The notes beneath the pieces were generated by a model that worked only from the letters and a program-made list of their open reading frames with translations, was not told the DNA's origin and ran no database searches. From IMG/VR virus record IMGVR_UViG_3300020598_000001, positions 1-36,172 of that record: a stretch of 36,172 bases of DNA; one strand, given 5' to 3'. Made by a program: the position numbers and the translations under genes. Shown piece by piece: positions 1 through 10,100 of this stretch; the stretch's first letter is position 1, and each line of letters starts with the position of its first letter. This stretch comes from a virus. Taxonomy: Duplodnaviria > Caudoviricetes.

Positions 1-127
1 CTGGTGCGGATCACGCGCAAGCCGCTGTAGGTCTTGGCCTGGCAGCGGATGCCGCCGCCCTCGCCAATGACCAGGCCGGCGGTGCCCTCGGGGCCGGCAT
101 AGTGCAGGGTTCCCGACTGCCGCACGC
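1..127. repeat. Terminal direct repeat, copy 1 (circular-contig overlap)
   Basis: Bases 1-127 are identical to 36046-36172; 127 nt is a common assembler k-mer overlap. Confidence 0.97.
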
Positions 128-878
128 CGGCCGCCGCCGCCGGCACCAGGATGGGGGCGGAAACCAGAAACTCGCCGTCGAGGTCCAGCACGGCGCCCAG
201 CGTGGCGGCCAGGTTGGCGGCGCGCTGCACCGCTAGGGTGTCGTCCTGGCTTTGGTCGCCGGCGGCGCCGAACTGGCGGGGATGCACGCGCAAGGCCAGC
301 TCGTCTTGCACGGTGCGCACCACGGCGCCGGCGCCAAGCTGCTGGTAGGCGCCGCCGGCCTCGGTGCCGCGCGGGATCAGTTGCAACTCGCCGGCGCTGC
401 CGAAGCCCAGCCAGGCATTGGCGCGGGCCAGCGGCGCCGGCAGCTCGGCCAGGTCGGTGGGGTCGCTGGCCGGCAGGCGCAGGGATTGCCCGGCGTCGGT
501 GCGCAACTGCTGCTGGCCGATGGTGTGGCGGTTGAACTCGGCCAGCAGGCTTTCCGCCAGCATCGGCCCGCCGTTGCTGTAAACCGTCGCGCGCTCGTGC
601 GGCTGCGCGGAGCGCAACACGATCAGGTCGCCTTCCTCGGCCGGCAGGTTCAGCACCACGGCGCCGCCCTCCTGCACGCCGGCGCCCGTCACCTGGTAGT
701 CGCCGCCCAGCGCCAGGACGGTTTCCACCCGCTCGCCGCCGGGCACCGCCTCGCGGTAGCGGCGCACGTCCAGGTCGCTGTCCAGGAACACGGGGAAGGC
801 GAAGGGGAAAGCCGTCTGCCCGGCCTGCGCGCTGTAGCGCACGCGGCGGGGCAGGTTCGGCATGGTCTTGATGCTCAT
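1..878 (-). CDS. Tailspike/tail fibre, 5' part; continues across the circular junction into 34464..36170 (about 819 aa in total)
   Basis: ATG at 878 gives MSIKTMPNLPRRVRYSAQAGQTAFPFAFPVFLDSDLDV (T7-like fibre anchor). It later reads FGAAGDQSQDDTLAVQRA (pectate-lyase-3-like beta-helix start). It is in frame with the 568-aa ORF through the terminal repeat and is missing from the ORF track because it runs off the edge. Confidence 0.85.
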   Translation of the reverse strand, partial: MSIKTMPNLPRRVRYSAQAGQTAFPFAFPVFLDSDLDVRRYREAVPGGERVETVLALGGDYQVTGAGVQEGGAVVLNLPAEEGDLIVLRSAQPHERATVYSNGGPMLAESLLAEFNRHTIGQQQLRTDAGQSLRLPASDPTDLAELPAPLARANAWLGFGSAGELQLIPRGTEAGGAYQQLGAGAVVRTVQDELALRVHPRQFGAAGDQSQDDTLAVQRAANLAATLGAVLDLDGEFLVSAPILVPAAAAGVRQSGTLHYAGPEGTAGLVIGEGGGIRCQAKTYSGLRVIRT

Positions 879-887
879 GCGGGGGCC

Positions 888-3800
888 TCAGAACGCAAAG
901 GCGGTTGGCGGGTAAAGGCGCTCCTGCCCGTAGTCCTTCCGGCGGGCATCCTGCTGGCGCTTGAGGAAGCCGGGCGATAGGGCCTCGCGCGCGGCGTTCA
1001 GCACCAGGAAGTCCAGCACCGGCCGCGTGTACCAGAGGTTGAGGAAGGGCGTGTTTTGCAGGGCGAAGTTGAGCACTTCGCCGGCCTTGGCGTCGCCGCT
1101 GCGCACCTTGGCCCAGAGGTTGGCGGCGCCGGCGCCGGCGCCCAGCACCGGCCCGGCCGCCGTCTCCAGCGCCGAGTTGCCGAAGCGCGATGCCTGCGCA
1201 AACAGGAAGTCGCCATAGATGCCGGCGCCGCCCGACTGCACCAGCACGGCCAGCCAGGTGCCCGGCTTGGTGGGGTCGCGCGGGGCCTGGCCGCGCGCCG
1301 CGTCCTTGGCGGTGATCGCCGCGTAGCCGGCCACCATCAGGCCGGCCAGCAGCACGCCGGCGTTGCGGCCCTGTAGCATCCGCTCGCCGGGGCCATAGCC
1401 CATGACGGCGCGGCCCAGCACGCGGTTGCTGAAGGCCACGGGGAACGCCTTGAACTGCGCCAGGTAGCGGGTCAGCTCGCCGGTGATGCTGCCGCCCTGC
1501 GTGCCTCGGATCGTCATGCGCCGGGCCTGCGCGTCGCTCTCGATGACCGCGAAGCCCATCTCATCCGCGAAGAAGCGGCGCAGCTTCACGTCCAGGTCGC
1601 GCGCGGTGTCGGCCAGGGCTTGGTCCACGCGGCCTTGCCACTCCAGGGTGTCGGCCGTGTTGAGGGCCTGGCGCTGCTTGGCGCGCACGTCCATGCGGTG
1701 GGCGAACTCGGCCAGCTCGGCTTCCCGCTCGATCCAGTGCGCATCGAACGCCTCCAGCTCGCGCACGTCCGCGCCCTTGGTGGCGCGGCGCACGTTGCCG
1801 ATGGCGCGGCGCAGCCGGTCGAGGCGGGCGCGTTCCTCGCCCTGCGCGCGCAAGGTGCGCTGCTCGGGCGGCGTGTCCAGCCAATCTTCTGCCTTGCCCT
1901 GGAAGAGGCGGCGGCGCTCGCCCGTCTCGGGGTTGACGTTGCGGGCGGCCAGGCTGCCATCCGGCGCGGCCTCGGGGGCGGCCTCCTGCCAGGCGCGGCC
2001 CTCGGCCATGGCCTGGTGGAACTCGGCCAGCTCGGACAGCCGGGCTTCCACCTCCGCGATGGCGTCGCGCGCCTTGGCCACCTTGGCGTCCGCGCCCTCG
2101 GCGCGCTGCGCGCTGCGCTTCTCGAAGGCGGCCCGGCTGCGCGCCAGGCTCTCGCGGAACTTCTCCGTGCGCCGCTGCACCCAGCCGGCTTCCGTGGCGG
2201 TGTGCTGCGCGCGCTGCGCCGCCTTGGCGGCCAAGCCCTTCTGCATGGCTTCCAGCCGCTCGCGCGCCAGGCCGGCCAGCACGGTGCGGGGGAGCTGCGC
2301 CAGGCGGTCGGGGGTGATGTAGCGGGCGCCGTCATCGGCCTGCCAGGCGGTCGCGCGGATCGCGTCCCACTCGGCCGGGCTGATGCCGTGCTGCCGTAGC
2401 GTGGCCTGGTAGCGGGCGCCCAAGCCGTCCCAGGTCAGCCCGGCATTGTCGGCCATCCAGCGGGACAGCATCCGCACGCTGCCGGCCTTCATGGCGTCGG
2501 TCCACCAGGTCAGCCCGGAGAGGCGGAAGAAGGTTTCTTGCGCCTTGTGCCACTTGCCCATGGGCATGTCCTCGGCGCCCCAGCGCGTGGCGATGTGCCC
2601 CAGGATGCCGTCCATCCCGGCGCCGATCTGCGCGGCGATGCGGCGCTGGTCGGCGGTGCTGCCGCGCCCCTTGAAGAACTCGGCCAGGTTCTCGGCGCCG
2701 GCGGCCAGCACGCTCTTACCCTGGTAGCGCAGCGCGGCGGCGCGCACCGGCAGGTCGGTGATGGCGGACAGCACGGCGCCGCCCAGCTTGGCCATGCTCT
2801 CCCAGGCGCGCACCTGCGTGCCGATCGTCGCGGCGCGCACGGCCACGGGCGTGGCGGTGAGGCCGGACACCTCGGCCCAGGCGGATTGCACGGTGCCGCC
2901 CCGGTTGGTCGGGGAGACGGCGCGGGCCTGTGCCTGGCGCTGCTGCGGGGTCAGCCGCTCATCGGTCGCGGCCTGGCGCTCCAGCTCGGCGCGCAGGCGG
3001 GTGAGGGTGTTCTCGGGGTTCGGGCCTAGGCGGTCCATCTGCGCCGCCGCCTTCGCCGCCGCGTTCAGGTGGCCCAGGATGGCATCGTGAATGTGGCCGT
3101 TGCCGAACCGCTCGCGGTATTGCAGCCAGGCGTCCGCGTCGGTGAAGTGCAGCACGCGGGAACTGCTCAGGCGGTTGGCCAGGTTCGCCGGCCCCACGCG
3201 GCCGGTTTCGCCGGCCACGCTGCCGTTGCGGTCCACGCCGGTGATGATCGTGTCGTAAATGTCGCGCAGGGTGATGCGCACCATTTCGTCGCCCAGGCCG
3301 GGAAAGGTGCGCTCGCGGTCGAGGCGGGGCAGGATGAAGTCCACCCACTCGTCCCGGTCCACCTTCACCACGCGGTCGCTGGCGTGGCTCTGCGGCGTCC
3401 AGCCGTCCAGCTTGCCGATGGTGGCGCCCAGCCGGTTGAGGTCGAGGCGGGATTCCTCGGCCGCTTGGGCGTAGATGCGCGCCAGCTCGGCGGCCTTCGT
3501 GTGGCCGGTGCTGCCGGGCTTGCCGCTCTCGCGCAGCTCGCGCATCTCGCGCAGCACCGCGTCGGCGCTGGCCGGGTCGCCGCGTTCCACCAGGTCGCGC
3601 AACTCGGGGTCGCGGGTGATGGCGTCATGGATGCGGCGCATGAAGCGGGTGCGGTAGGCCAGGGCCGTGGCGGCGACGCTGGCGCGGGCGCCCTCCACGT
3701 TGCGGCTGCTGCCCTCCAGGAAGGCCAGCAGCGCCTTGCGCCGGTCGAGGCCGGCGGCCACCAGGCGGTTGAGGTCGGCCAGGCCGCGCGAGTAGGCGAT

Positions 3801-4031
3801 GGCGGACAACGCCGCGTGCTTCCTGGCCACGGCCGCCGCGATCTGCGCGCGCTCGGCCTGCTCGGCGGCGCGCTGGCGCACGCGGGCGTCCAGCCCGTCG
3901 AGGTTGCCGGCGGCTTCCTCGCCGCGCCGCAGCGTCTCGGTGTAGCGGATCAGCTCGGCGGCCTCGGCGTCGGTCATGCGGTTGCCGCTGGCGGCCACCA
4001 CGGCGCCGACGCATTCGGGGGAAACACCCAT
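888..4031 (-). CDS. Large internal virion (ejection) protein, 1047 aa
   Basis: Last of the large helical proteins after the tail nozzle gene; C-terminal hydrophobic/Gly-rich segments (GGAGIYGDFLF) typical of podovirus ejectosome proteins. Confidence 0.7.
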   Translation of the reverse strand: MGVSPECVGAVVAASGNRMTDAEAAELIRYTETLRRGEEAAGNLDGLDARVRQRAAEQAERAQIAAAVARKHAALSAIAYSRGLADLNRLVAAGLDRRKALLAFLEGSSRNVEGARASVAATALAYRTRFMRRIHDAITRDPELRDLVERGDPASADAVLREMRELRESGKPGSTGHTKAAELARIYAQAAEESRLDLNRLGATIGKLDGWTPQSHASDRVVKVDRDEWVDFILPRLDRERTFPGLGDEMVRITLRDIYDTIITGVDRNGSVAGETGRVGPANLANRLSSSRVLHFTDADAWLQYRERFGNGHIHDAILGHLNAAAKAAAQMDRLGPNPENTLTRLRAELERQAATDERLTPQQRQAQARAVSPTNRGGTVQSAWAEVSGLTATPVAVRAATIGTQVRAWESMAKLGGAVLSAITDLPVRAAALRYQGKSVLAAGAENLAEFFKGRGSTADQRRIAAQIGAGMDGILGHIATRWGAEDMPMGKWHKAQETFFRLSGLTWWTDAMKAGSVRMLSRWMADNAGLTWDGLGARYQATLRQHGISPAEWDAIRATAWQADDGARYITPDRLAQLPRTVLAGLARERLEAMQKGLAAKAAQRAQHTATEAGWVQRRTEKFRESLARSRAAFEKRSAQRAEGADAKVAKARDAIAEVEARLSELAEFHQAMAEGRAWQEAAPEAAPDGSLAARNVNPETGERRRLFQGKAEDWLDTPPEQRTLRAQGEERARLDRLRRAIGNVRRATKGADVRELEAFDAHWIEREAELAEFAHRMDVRAKQRQALNTADTLEWQGRVDQALADTARDLDVKLRRFFADEMGFAVIESDAQARRMTIRGTQGGSITGELTRYLAQFKAFPVAFSNRVLGRAVMGYGPGERMLQGRNAGVLLAGLMVAGYAAITAKDAARGQAPRDPTKPGTWLAVLVQSGGAGIYGDFLFAQASRFGNSALETAAGPVLGAGAGAANLWAKVRSGDAKAGEVLNFALQNTPFLNLWYTRPVLDFLVLNAAREALSPGFLKRQQDARRKDYGQERLYPPTAFAF

Positions 4032-4294
4032 CAGTTGACGCTTTCGGGCGGCACGTCGGGGATGGCCTCGCCCAGCGCCAGCCCCAGCCAGTCGAGGGCG
4101 AGCGCCAGGCGCTCGGCCATCTCGTCGCTGCTGGTGTCAAAGCAGATGGCCGGGGCCTCGCCCTGCATGTTCTCGCTCAACAGGCGGTAGAGCGCGCGGG
4201 CCTGGCGCTCGATCTCGCCCAGCCGCGCCAGCTCGGCCAGCCGGTCGGCGGTTGGGCACCGTGGCGCCGTGGCGCCGTGGTCGTGTGGGGTCAT
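4031..4294 (-). CDS. Hypothetical protein, about 87 aa
   Basis: ATG at 4294 just after the RyR-gene stop; its stop overlaps the next ATG (TGATG); helical acidic sequence. Confidence 0.6.
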   Translation of the reverse strand: MTPHDHGATAPRCPTADRLAELARLGEIERQARALYRLLSENMQGEAPAICFDTSSDEMAERLALALDWLGLALGEAIPDVPPESVN

Positions 4295-4310
4295 GGCGTC
4301 AGGGCGCCGC
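4255..4310. repeat. 8-bp tandem repeat array (7 units, GGYGYCRY-like)
   Basis: GGCACCGT GGCGCCGT GGCGCCGT GGTCGTGT GGGGTCAT GGCGTCAG GGCGCCGC. Confidence 0.65.
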
Positions 4311-4652
4311 GAGCGCGTGAACCGTGGCGCGGAAAAGCCGGTCCTTCGCCTGCTGCTGCGGCGGCAGTTCCTCGAAAGGAACCATGCATGGATGCTCCTT
4401 CTTCTCCGGGTTCTTGTGCGGGCCATAGGTCCAGCCCTCCGCCAGCTTGTGGCGCATCCATTCGTCATGGCTGGCGCTCGGCCCGGCGTCGGGGTTGGCT
4501 AGATGGAAGCGCACGCCGGCCATGGCGCTGTCGCGCTGCCAGGCCGGCGCGTCCTCCCATGCGAGCTGCGTGTGGTCGCCGTGTGCCGCACACCAGGCGC
4601 GGTTGGCTTCGTGGGTCACGCGGGCAATGGCTTCGATTGCGTCCATGGTCAT
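4299..4652 (-). CDS. Stand-alone RyR (ryanodine-receptor repeat) domain protein, putative anti-defence
   Basis: RyR signature HDEWMRHKLAEGWTYGPHKNPEKKEHPCMVPFEELPPQQQAKD; start overlaps the upstream stop. Confidence 0.85.
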   Translation of the reverse strand: MTMDAIEAIARVTHEANRAWCAAHGDHTQLAWEDAPAWQRDSAMAGVRFHLANPDAGPSASHDEWMRHKLAEGWTYGPHKNPEKKEHPCMVPFEELPPQQQAKDRLFRATVHALAAP

Positions 4653-7186
4653 CCTCGGATTGCGCAGGCGGCGGCGGCCTCGAAAATCTCGGGCGCCTTC
4701 TCCATCGTCGCCGCCAGCTCGGCGGCGTCCTCGATCTGCTGCACCAGCTCGGGCGGCAGCTCGCCGCGCTCGATCAGCCGGGCGGCCTCCAGCTCGGCGG
4801 CGCGGGCGTCGATGTCGAAGCCCAGCCGCTCGGCGGCGGCGGCCACCGGGTCGGCCTGGCGCGGGCCGCCCTCGCCGGGCGGCGGCGGCTCGGGGATCAG
4901 CTCGGGCGGCCGGGCCAGGTCGGCGGTCAGGCCGCGCAGCTCGGCCGGCGCGTCTAGGCCGGCCTCGCGAAAGGCCACGCGCAGCACGTCGCCCAGGCCG
5001 GGCGGCGGGCCGCCGAACATGTCGCCGTCGTTCGGCGCCTCGGCCGCCGCCTTGGCGTAGGCTTCCAGCCGGGCGGCGAGGACCTGGCGCCCCACGCCGC
5101 CCACCTCCTCGCGCACGGGATGCCGCAACAGCAGTTGCAGCCAGGCGCGTTCCGCCGGGCCGGCGCCGCCGTCGAACATGTCGAGCTGGTCGAGCACGGA
5201 GCGCAGCGGCAGGTTGGCGTCCCGCGCCGCCTGGATGCGCTGCACCGCGCGCACCAGGGCGGGGAGGCTGTCCAGCTCGGGGCGCACCTGGCCGGCCTCG
5301 ATCATCGCGCGCAGCCGGGCCAGCGCCGGCGCCGCGTCCAGCAGGGCCTTGCCCAGCGTCTCGGCGGCGCCGTCGCGACTCTCGGACATGCGGCGGATCA
5401 AGGCGGCGTCGCCATAGGCGCGGGCGGCCAAGGCGCGCTGCACGCGCACCAGGCCGTCCGGGGTCAGCTCGCCGCCGCTGCTGATGGCGCCGCGCTCGCT
5501 GTCGGGAAGGGCCTGCACAAAGGCGCGGATGAAGGCGCCGTTGGTGGCGCTGTCGAGCGCGCCGGGTTGCAGGGTCAGCAGCTCGGCCGAAGTCAGCCGG
5601 CCGGCGTCCACGCGGGCCTGCTCGCCGGCGGTCATGCGCGCCACGGTGTCGGCGTTGCTCTCGGCCGTGAAGCGCCGGCGGCCGGCCGCGTCCAGCTCGG
5701 TGGTGCGGCGGCGGATCAGGACGGGGGCCTGCATGTGGGCCGCGTCGGTGAAGCCCTGGCGCACCAGGTACGCGCGGTATGCCTCGGCGGTCGGCAGCCC
5801 TTGGGCATAGGCTTGGCGCACCGCCATGCTGCGGCCGTTGCCGCTTTCCACCAGGCCGTCCGGTCCCACGATGGGGGCGCCGGTGGTGGTCAGCGGCGAT
5901 GCCTCGATTTCCTCGGGGCGCAGGCGGGCGGCGATGTTGGCCACCTGGGCTTGGGCTTCCTCGCGCCCGCGCTCGCGCGGTTGCAGCTCGGCCGCGAAGG
6001 CGGGGTTGGTCTGAAAGTCGGCGGTGTGGCTGGTGATGAGATCGGCCGCTTCGACCACCTCATACCGGCCGGCCACCTCCATGCCGGCGGGGGTCGAAGC
6101 GCGCCACTCCGCGCCCGGCGCGGCGGCGCCGGCGGCCTGGCCCACGCGGGCGGCGGCACGGTCGGCCACGCCGTCGCCGGTGATCGTCGGCCCGGCGGCG
6201 GCGCGCAGCTCGGCCAGCTCGCGTTGCGCCGCCTCCAGCGCGGCGCGCACCTCGGGCGGCGCCATGGCCAGGTTCACGTCCAGGCCGCTGGCCACCTGGT
6301 CGGCGGTCTGCACCAGGGCGCGCAGCGCGTCGTCGGCCTGCGCGTGCGGGGCGGGGGCCAGCGGCGCGCCCGGCGGGGCGCTGGGGGCCTCGGCCGCGCC
6401 GGGCGCTAGGGTGGGGGCGGACGGGGCGGCGGGCGCCCTGGCGGGCCTGCCAAGCGCCGCGCCCAGGGTGCCGCCCAGCAGCGCGCCGCCGGCGGCGCCG
6501 AAGGCCAAATCCTGCACCATGTCGGCCCAGGTCACTTCGTCGCCAAAGCCCTCCCGGCCGGCGACGGTGAAGGGCATGGCCACCAGGTTGCCGCCGGTCG
6601 CGTCGAGCGCGCCCAGCGCGGCGCCGGCGGCGAGGCGCTGGCGCAGCGTGCCGGCGGTCCAGGCTTCGGCGCCCTCGGCCATGATCCGCAGCCCAGCCCA
6701 GGCGCGTTGCGCGCGGGCCGCCTGCATCGCCGGGCCGGCAAAGGGGATGAAGTTTTCCGGGGTGGCCAGGCCGCCGGCGATTCCGGCCACCAGCCCGGCG
6801 GCGCCCTCGGCCAGCCCGGCGCCGCGCGAGGCAATCAGGCTGCGGCGGGCCTGGTTCTCGTCGTAGATTTCCGCCTGCGCGCGGGCGGCGGCAATCGTCA
6901 TGCCCTCGCGCCAGTCGAGGCCGGGCCGCGCATAGGCGGAATCCTGCCAGGCGGTGCGGTCGAGCGGCGCCAGCTCGGCTTGCGGCGCCCAGACTTCCGC
7001 CTGGTGCAGCCGGCTGTTGGCGCGCACCTGGCCGGCGATGGTGCCCCAGGCGCCTTCCTGGAACTGCGCGCCCAGGTAGGCGCCGAAGCCGGGCCGGCTG
7101 CTCTCGGCCAGCCCTTCGGCCAGGCTGGTGGCGTCGGCGCCGAAGCGCGGCGCCTCGGGCGTGAACCAGGCGGTTTCGTCACTCAT
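4649..7186 (-). CDS. Internal virion protein with DdrB-like ParB-superfamily domain, 845 aa
   Basis: Motifs DLITSH...NPAFAAELQPRER and GAPIVGPDGLVESGNGRSMAVRQAY match the ddrB-like ParB domain of polyvalent phage proteins; N-terminal Gly/Ala-rich hydrophobic helices. Confidence 0.75.
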   Translation of the reverse strand: MSDETAWFTPEAPRFGADATSLAEGLAESSRPGFGAYLGAQFQEGAWGTIAGQVRANSRLHQAEVWAPQAELAPLDRTAWQDSAYARPGLDWREGMTIAAARAQAEIYDENQARRSLIASRGAGLAEGAAGLVAGIAGGLATPENFIPFAGPAMQAARAQRAWAGLRIMAEGAEAWTAGTLRQRLAAGAALGALDATGGNLVAMPFTVAGREGFGDEVTWADMVQDLAFGAAGGALLGGTLGAALGRPARAPAAPSAPTLAPGAAEAPSAPPGAPLAPAPHAQADDALRALVQTADQVASGLDVNLAMAPPEVRAALEAAQRELAELRAAAGPTITGDGVADRAAARVGQAAGAAAPGAEWRASTPAGMEVAGRYEVVEAADLITSHTADFQTNPAFAAELQPRERGREEAQAQVANIAARLRPEEIEASPLTTTGAPIVGPDGLVESGNGRSMAVRQAYAQGLPTAEAYRAYLVRQGFTDAAHMQAPVLIRRRTTELDAAGRRRFTAESNADTVARMTAGEQARVDAGRLTSAELLTLQPGALDSATNGAFIRAFVQALPDSERGAISSGGELTPDGLVRVQRALAARAYGDAALIRRMSESRDGAAETLGKALLDAAPALARLRAMIEAGQVRPELDSLPALVRAVQRIQAARDANLPLRSVLDQLDMFDGGAGPAERAWLQLLLRHPVREEVGGVGRQVLAARLEAYAKAAAEAPNDGDMFGGPPPGLGDVLRVAFREAGLDAPAELRGLTADLARPPELIPEPPPPGEGGPRQADPVAAAAERLGFDIDARAAELEAARLIERGELPPELVQQIEDAAELAATMEKAPEIFEAAAACAIRG

Positions 7187-10100
7187 GGCCGGCGCCCTCG
7201 GTCATGCGGCGGGTTTCGTCCGCCAGGCGCTCGCGGAAGCGGTGCTGTTGTCGCTGCGCCCAGTTGTGCGGCTGTCCTGGCGCCGTGGCGTCATGGCGCC
7301 CCGGCGCCGTGGCGCTGGCTTCCGTGGCCTGCTCGGCGGTGACGATCAGGGCGCGGCCATCGGCGGCGGCCAGCGGCGCGCCGGTGTTGGCCGGGTAGAA
7401 GGCGAAGCCCGCGCCGGCGTCCACCCACATGCCGCGCGCCGCCGCCTGGCGGGCCTGCTGCGCGGCCGGGGTGTCGCCGGGAATGACGCGCGCCAGCTCG
7501 CGGTCCCGCAGCGCCGCCAGGCCGCGCACCAGGGCGTCGGCGTCGGTGCCGGTGGGGGCGGCCACCAACACGCCGTCGCCGGGGCGGTTGATGATCCGCA
7601 CGCCGCCGAACAAGTCGGCATAGGCGCCGCGCACGTCCGCCGTGCTGGGGCTGCCGCCGGCGCCGGCGCCGCGCACCAGCGCCACGCGCACCAGGCGCTC
7701 GCGGGCGTCCTGCCCGGCGCGTAGGAAGGCGGCCTGGCCGGTCGCCTGGTACTGCGCCGCGCGCAGGGTGCCCAGCCCGTCGTCCCCGCCGAACCAGCCG
7801 GCTTCGCCGTCGAAGATGGCGCCGGCCGTGGTGTCGGCCTCCTTGCGCAGTTGCGGGGTGACGTTCAGTTGCTTGGCCTGCGTGTCCAGCTCGTCGGCCA
7901 GGCGGATGGCGCGGGCCATGCCGATGCGCGGCGCGGCGCCGGCGGCGATGCGCACGCCTTCGGGGAGGCCGGCGCCGCCCATGGCGTCGAGCACCTGGCG
8001 GCGCGCCGCGCCCTCGGGGATGCGGTCCAGCAGGGCGCGCGTGGCGGTCACGCGGTCGCCGGCGGTCGCGCCGCGCAACACCTGCTGCGTGAGGGCGTCG
8101 GCCAGCGCGGCGGGGAGCTGCTTTTGCTGCGCCGGCGGGATGCCCATGCGGGTTTGCTCGGCCGTCAGCAGGTCCACCAACTGCGGCAGGGCGTCCAGCT
8201 CGCCGCCGGCGATGCGCTGCACCAGGGCTTGCGCCGGCTTGCTGCCCGTCACCACCAGGCCGGCGGGGTCTTTCTCGCGCTGCTCGTCCTGCACGCGCCA
8301 GGCGCGTTCGTAGGCTTGCAGGCGGGCGGCGTTCTCGCTCGCCTGGTCGCCTTCGATGGCCAGGCGGGCACGGGTGGCGGTGCGGTCGGCCGGGCTTTGC
8401 GTCAGCCCCTCGCGCGTGATGCGGCCCAGCTCGGCCGCCTTCGCCAGCTCGCGGTTGGCCTTGTCGGTTTCCTCCGGGGTGAGGCCGGCGGCGGCGCCTT
8501 CCTGGCGGGTGATCGGCCGCGCCTCGCCGGTCGCGCTCGCCTCGGCGGTGCGGTCGGCCAGGTCTTGCGCCAGGCTGGCGCCGCGCACCGCCACGCCGCG
8601 CGCGCGGGCGCGGTCGAGGATGCGCGCGGCCAGCGCCGGGTCCGCCGCGAACATCTCGCCGCCCGGCGCGAAGCGTTCCGCGATGGCCTGCACCTTCTCG
8701 GGGGTGTCGGCGCCGCGCAATTCCTCCTGCGCCTGGAAGCCGTACTGGCCGGCGCGCTCGGCCGCGCGATAGCGGGCGATGGCGTCGGGCTTGAGGCCGG
8801 CGGCGGAAAGCTGCGCGTCGGTGATCGAATGCACCGGCCGGCCCTGCTCCGCGATGGCCGCGGCATTTTCCCGCATCAGCGGTTCCAGCTCGGTGCGGGC
8901 CTGCTGCTGGCGCTCGCGGATGGCGCGCTCGTCGGCCGCCAGCTCGCTGCGCAGCAGCCGTTCCACGCGGCGCACCTCGGCCAGCGGCATGTCCGCCGGC
9001 GCGGCACCGGCCGCCGTCGCCGGCAGCAGGGTGGCCACGTAGTTGCGGGTTTCCTCGGGTAGCGGCTCGCCGTTCTCCACGCGCTTGGCGCCGCCGTTGT
9101 AGGCGGCCAGGGCCTTGGCCATGTCGCCGCCGAAGTGGTCGCGCAGCGCCGCCAGGTACTTGGCCGCCCAGGGGATCGCCTGCGCCGGGTCGGTGCGCGC
9201 CGCCTCGGGCAGCGGCGGCACGCCGTAGCCGGGATCGCGCGCCGTGGCGGCCATGATCTGCGCCGGTCCCACGGCGCCGGCGGCGCTGACCGCGCCGGCC
9301 TTGCCGCCGCTCTCCAGGCCGATGAGGGCGGCGAACATGGCGGGCGGCAGGCGGTTGTCCTCGGCCGCCTGCGCGACGATGCCGCGCCAGCTCTCGGGCA
9401 GGCGGGCGGCCAGGCGCTCGGGCGAGGCGAGGGCCTGGCCGCCGGCCGGCGCCGCGCCGGTGCGCTGCCGCGTCCAGCCGTCAATCCACGCCTCTGAAGA
9501 TCCGGCGGCGCGCCAGGCGGCCAGCGTCGCCGCGTCAGTGCGGCGGGCCTCGCTGTCGGCCAGCATCTCGGTGAGCTGCGCCACGCTGCGGGCGCCGGTG
9601 CGGCTGGGGTCGGCGGGGAAGTGGCGGCCGGCCAAAGTGAACTCGGAACGCGGGCCAAGCCGCGCCAGGTCCAGCACCAGGCCGGTTTGTTCCTGCTCCA
9701 GCGCGCGGGCGGCGGCCTGGTCGCCGCGCGCCGCCTGGCCGGCCAGGCGCTCCAGCGCGGCGGTGCGGCGCGGCAGCAGCTCGTTGAAGCTGGCCAGGGC
9801 CTCGTCCGCCGTGCGCCGCTCCAGCCGGTCGCGCGCCTGGTTGACGAAGGGTTGCGCCTGCGTGTCGAAGCCGCGCAGCCAGGCGGTGCGCATCGTCTCG
9901 GGCAGGCCGCCGGCCAGCCCGTCGCGGTAGGCGGCGGCCTTCTGCGCGAATCCCTCCGGGTCGGCCTCATGCTCGCGGGCGAGCTGGTCGAGCTGGTCGC
10001 GCGCGGTGATCTGCAAACGGCGCAGGCTGCTGTCCGTCGCGGCGCGGTTGAAGGCGGCGCGGTAGAGGCTGCCGCCGCCCTCCATCTGCGCGCCGGGGCT

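Noticed and set aside
1-127. Terminal repeat as a biological DTR or att site
   Set aside because: It lies inside a coding sequence and is exactly 127 nt, which fits an assembler overlap.
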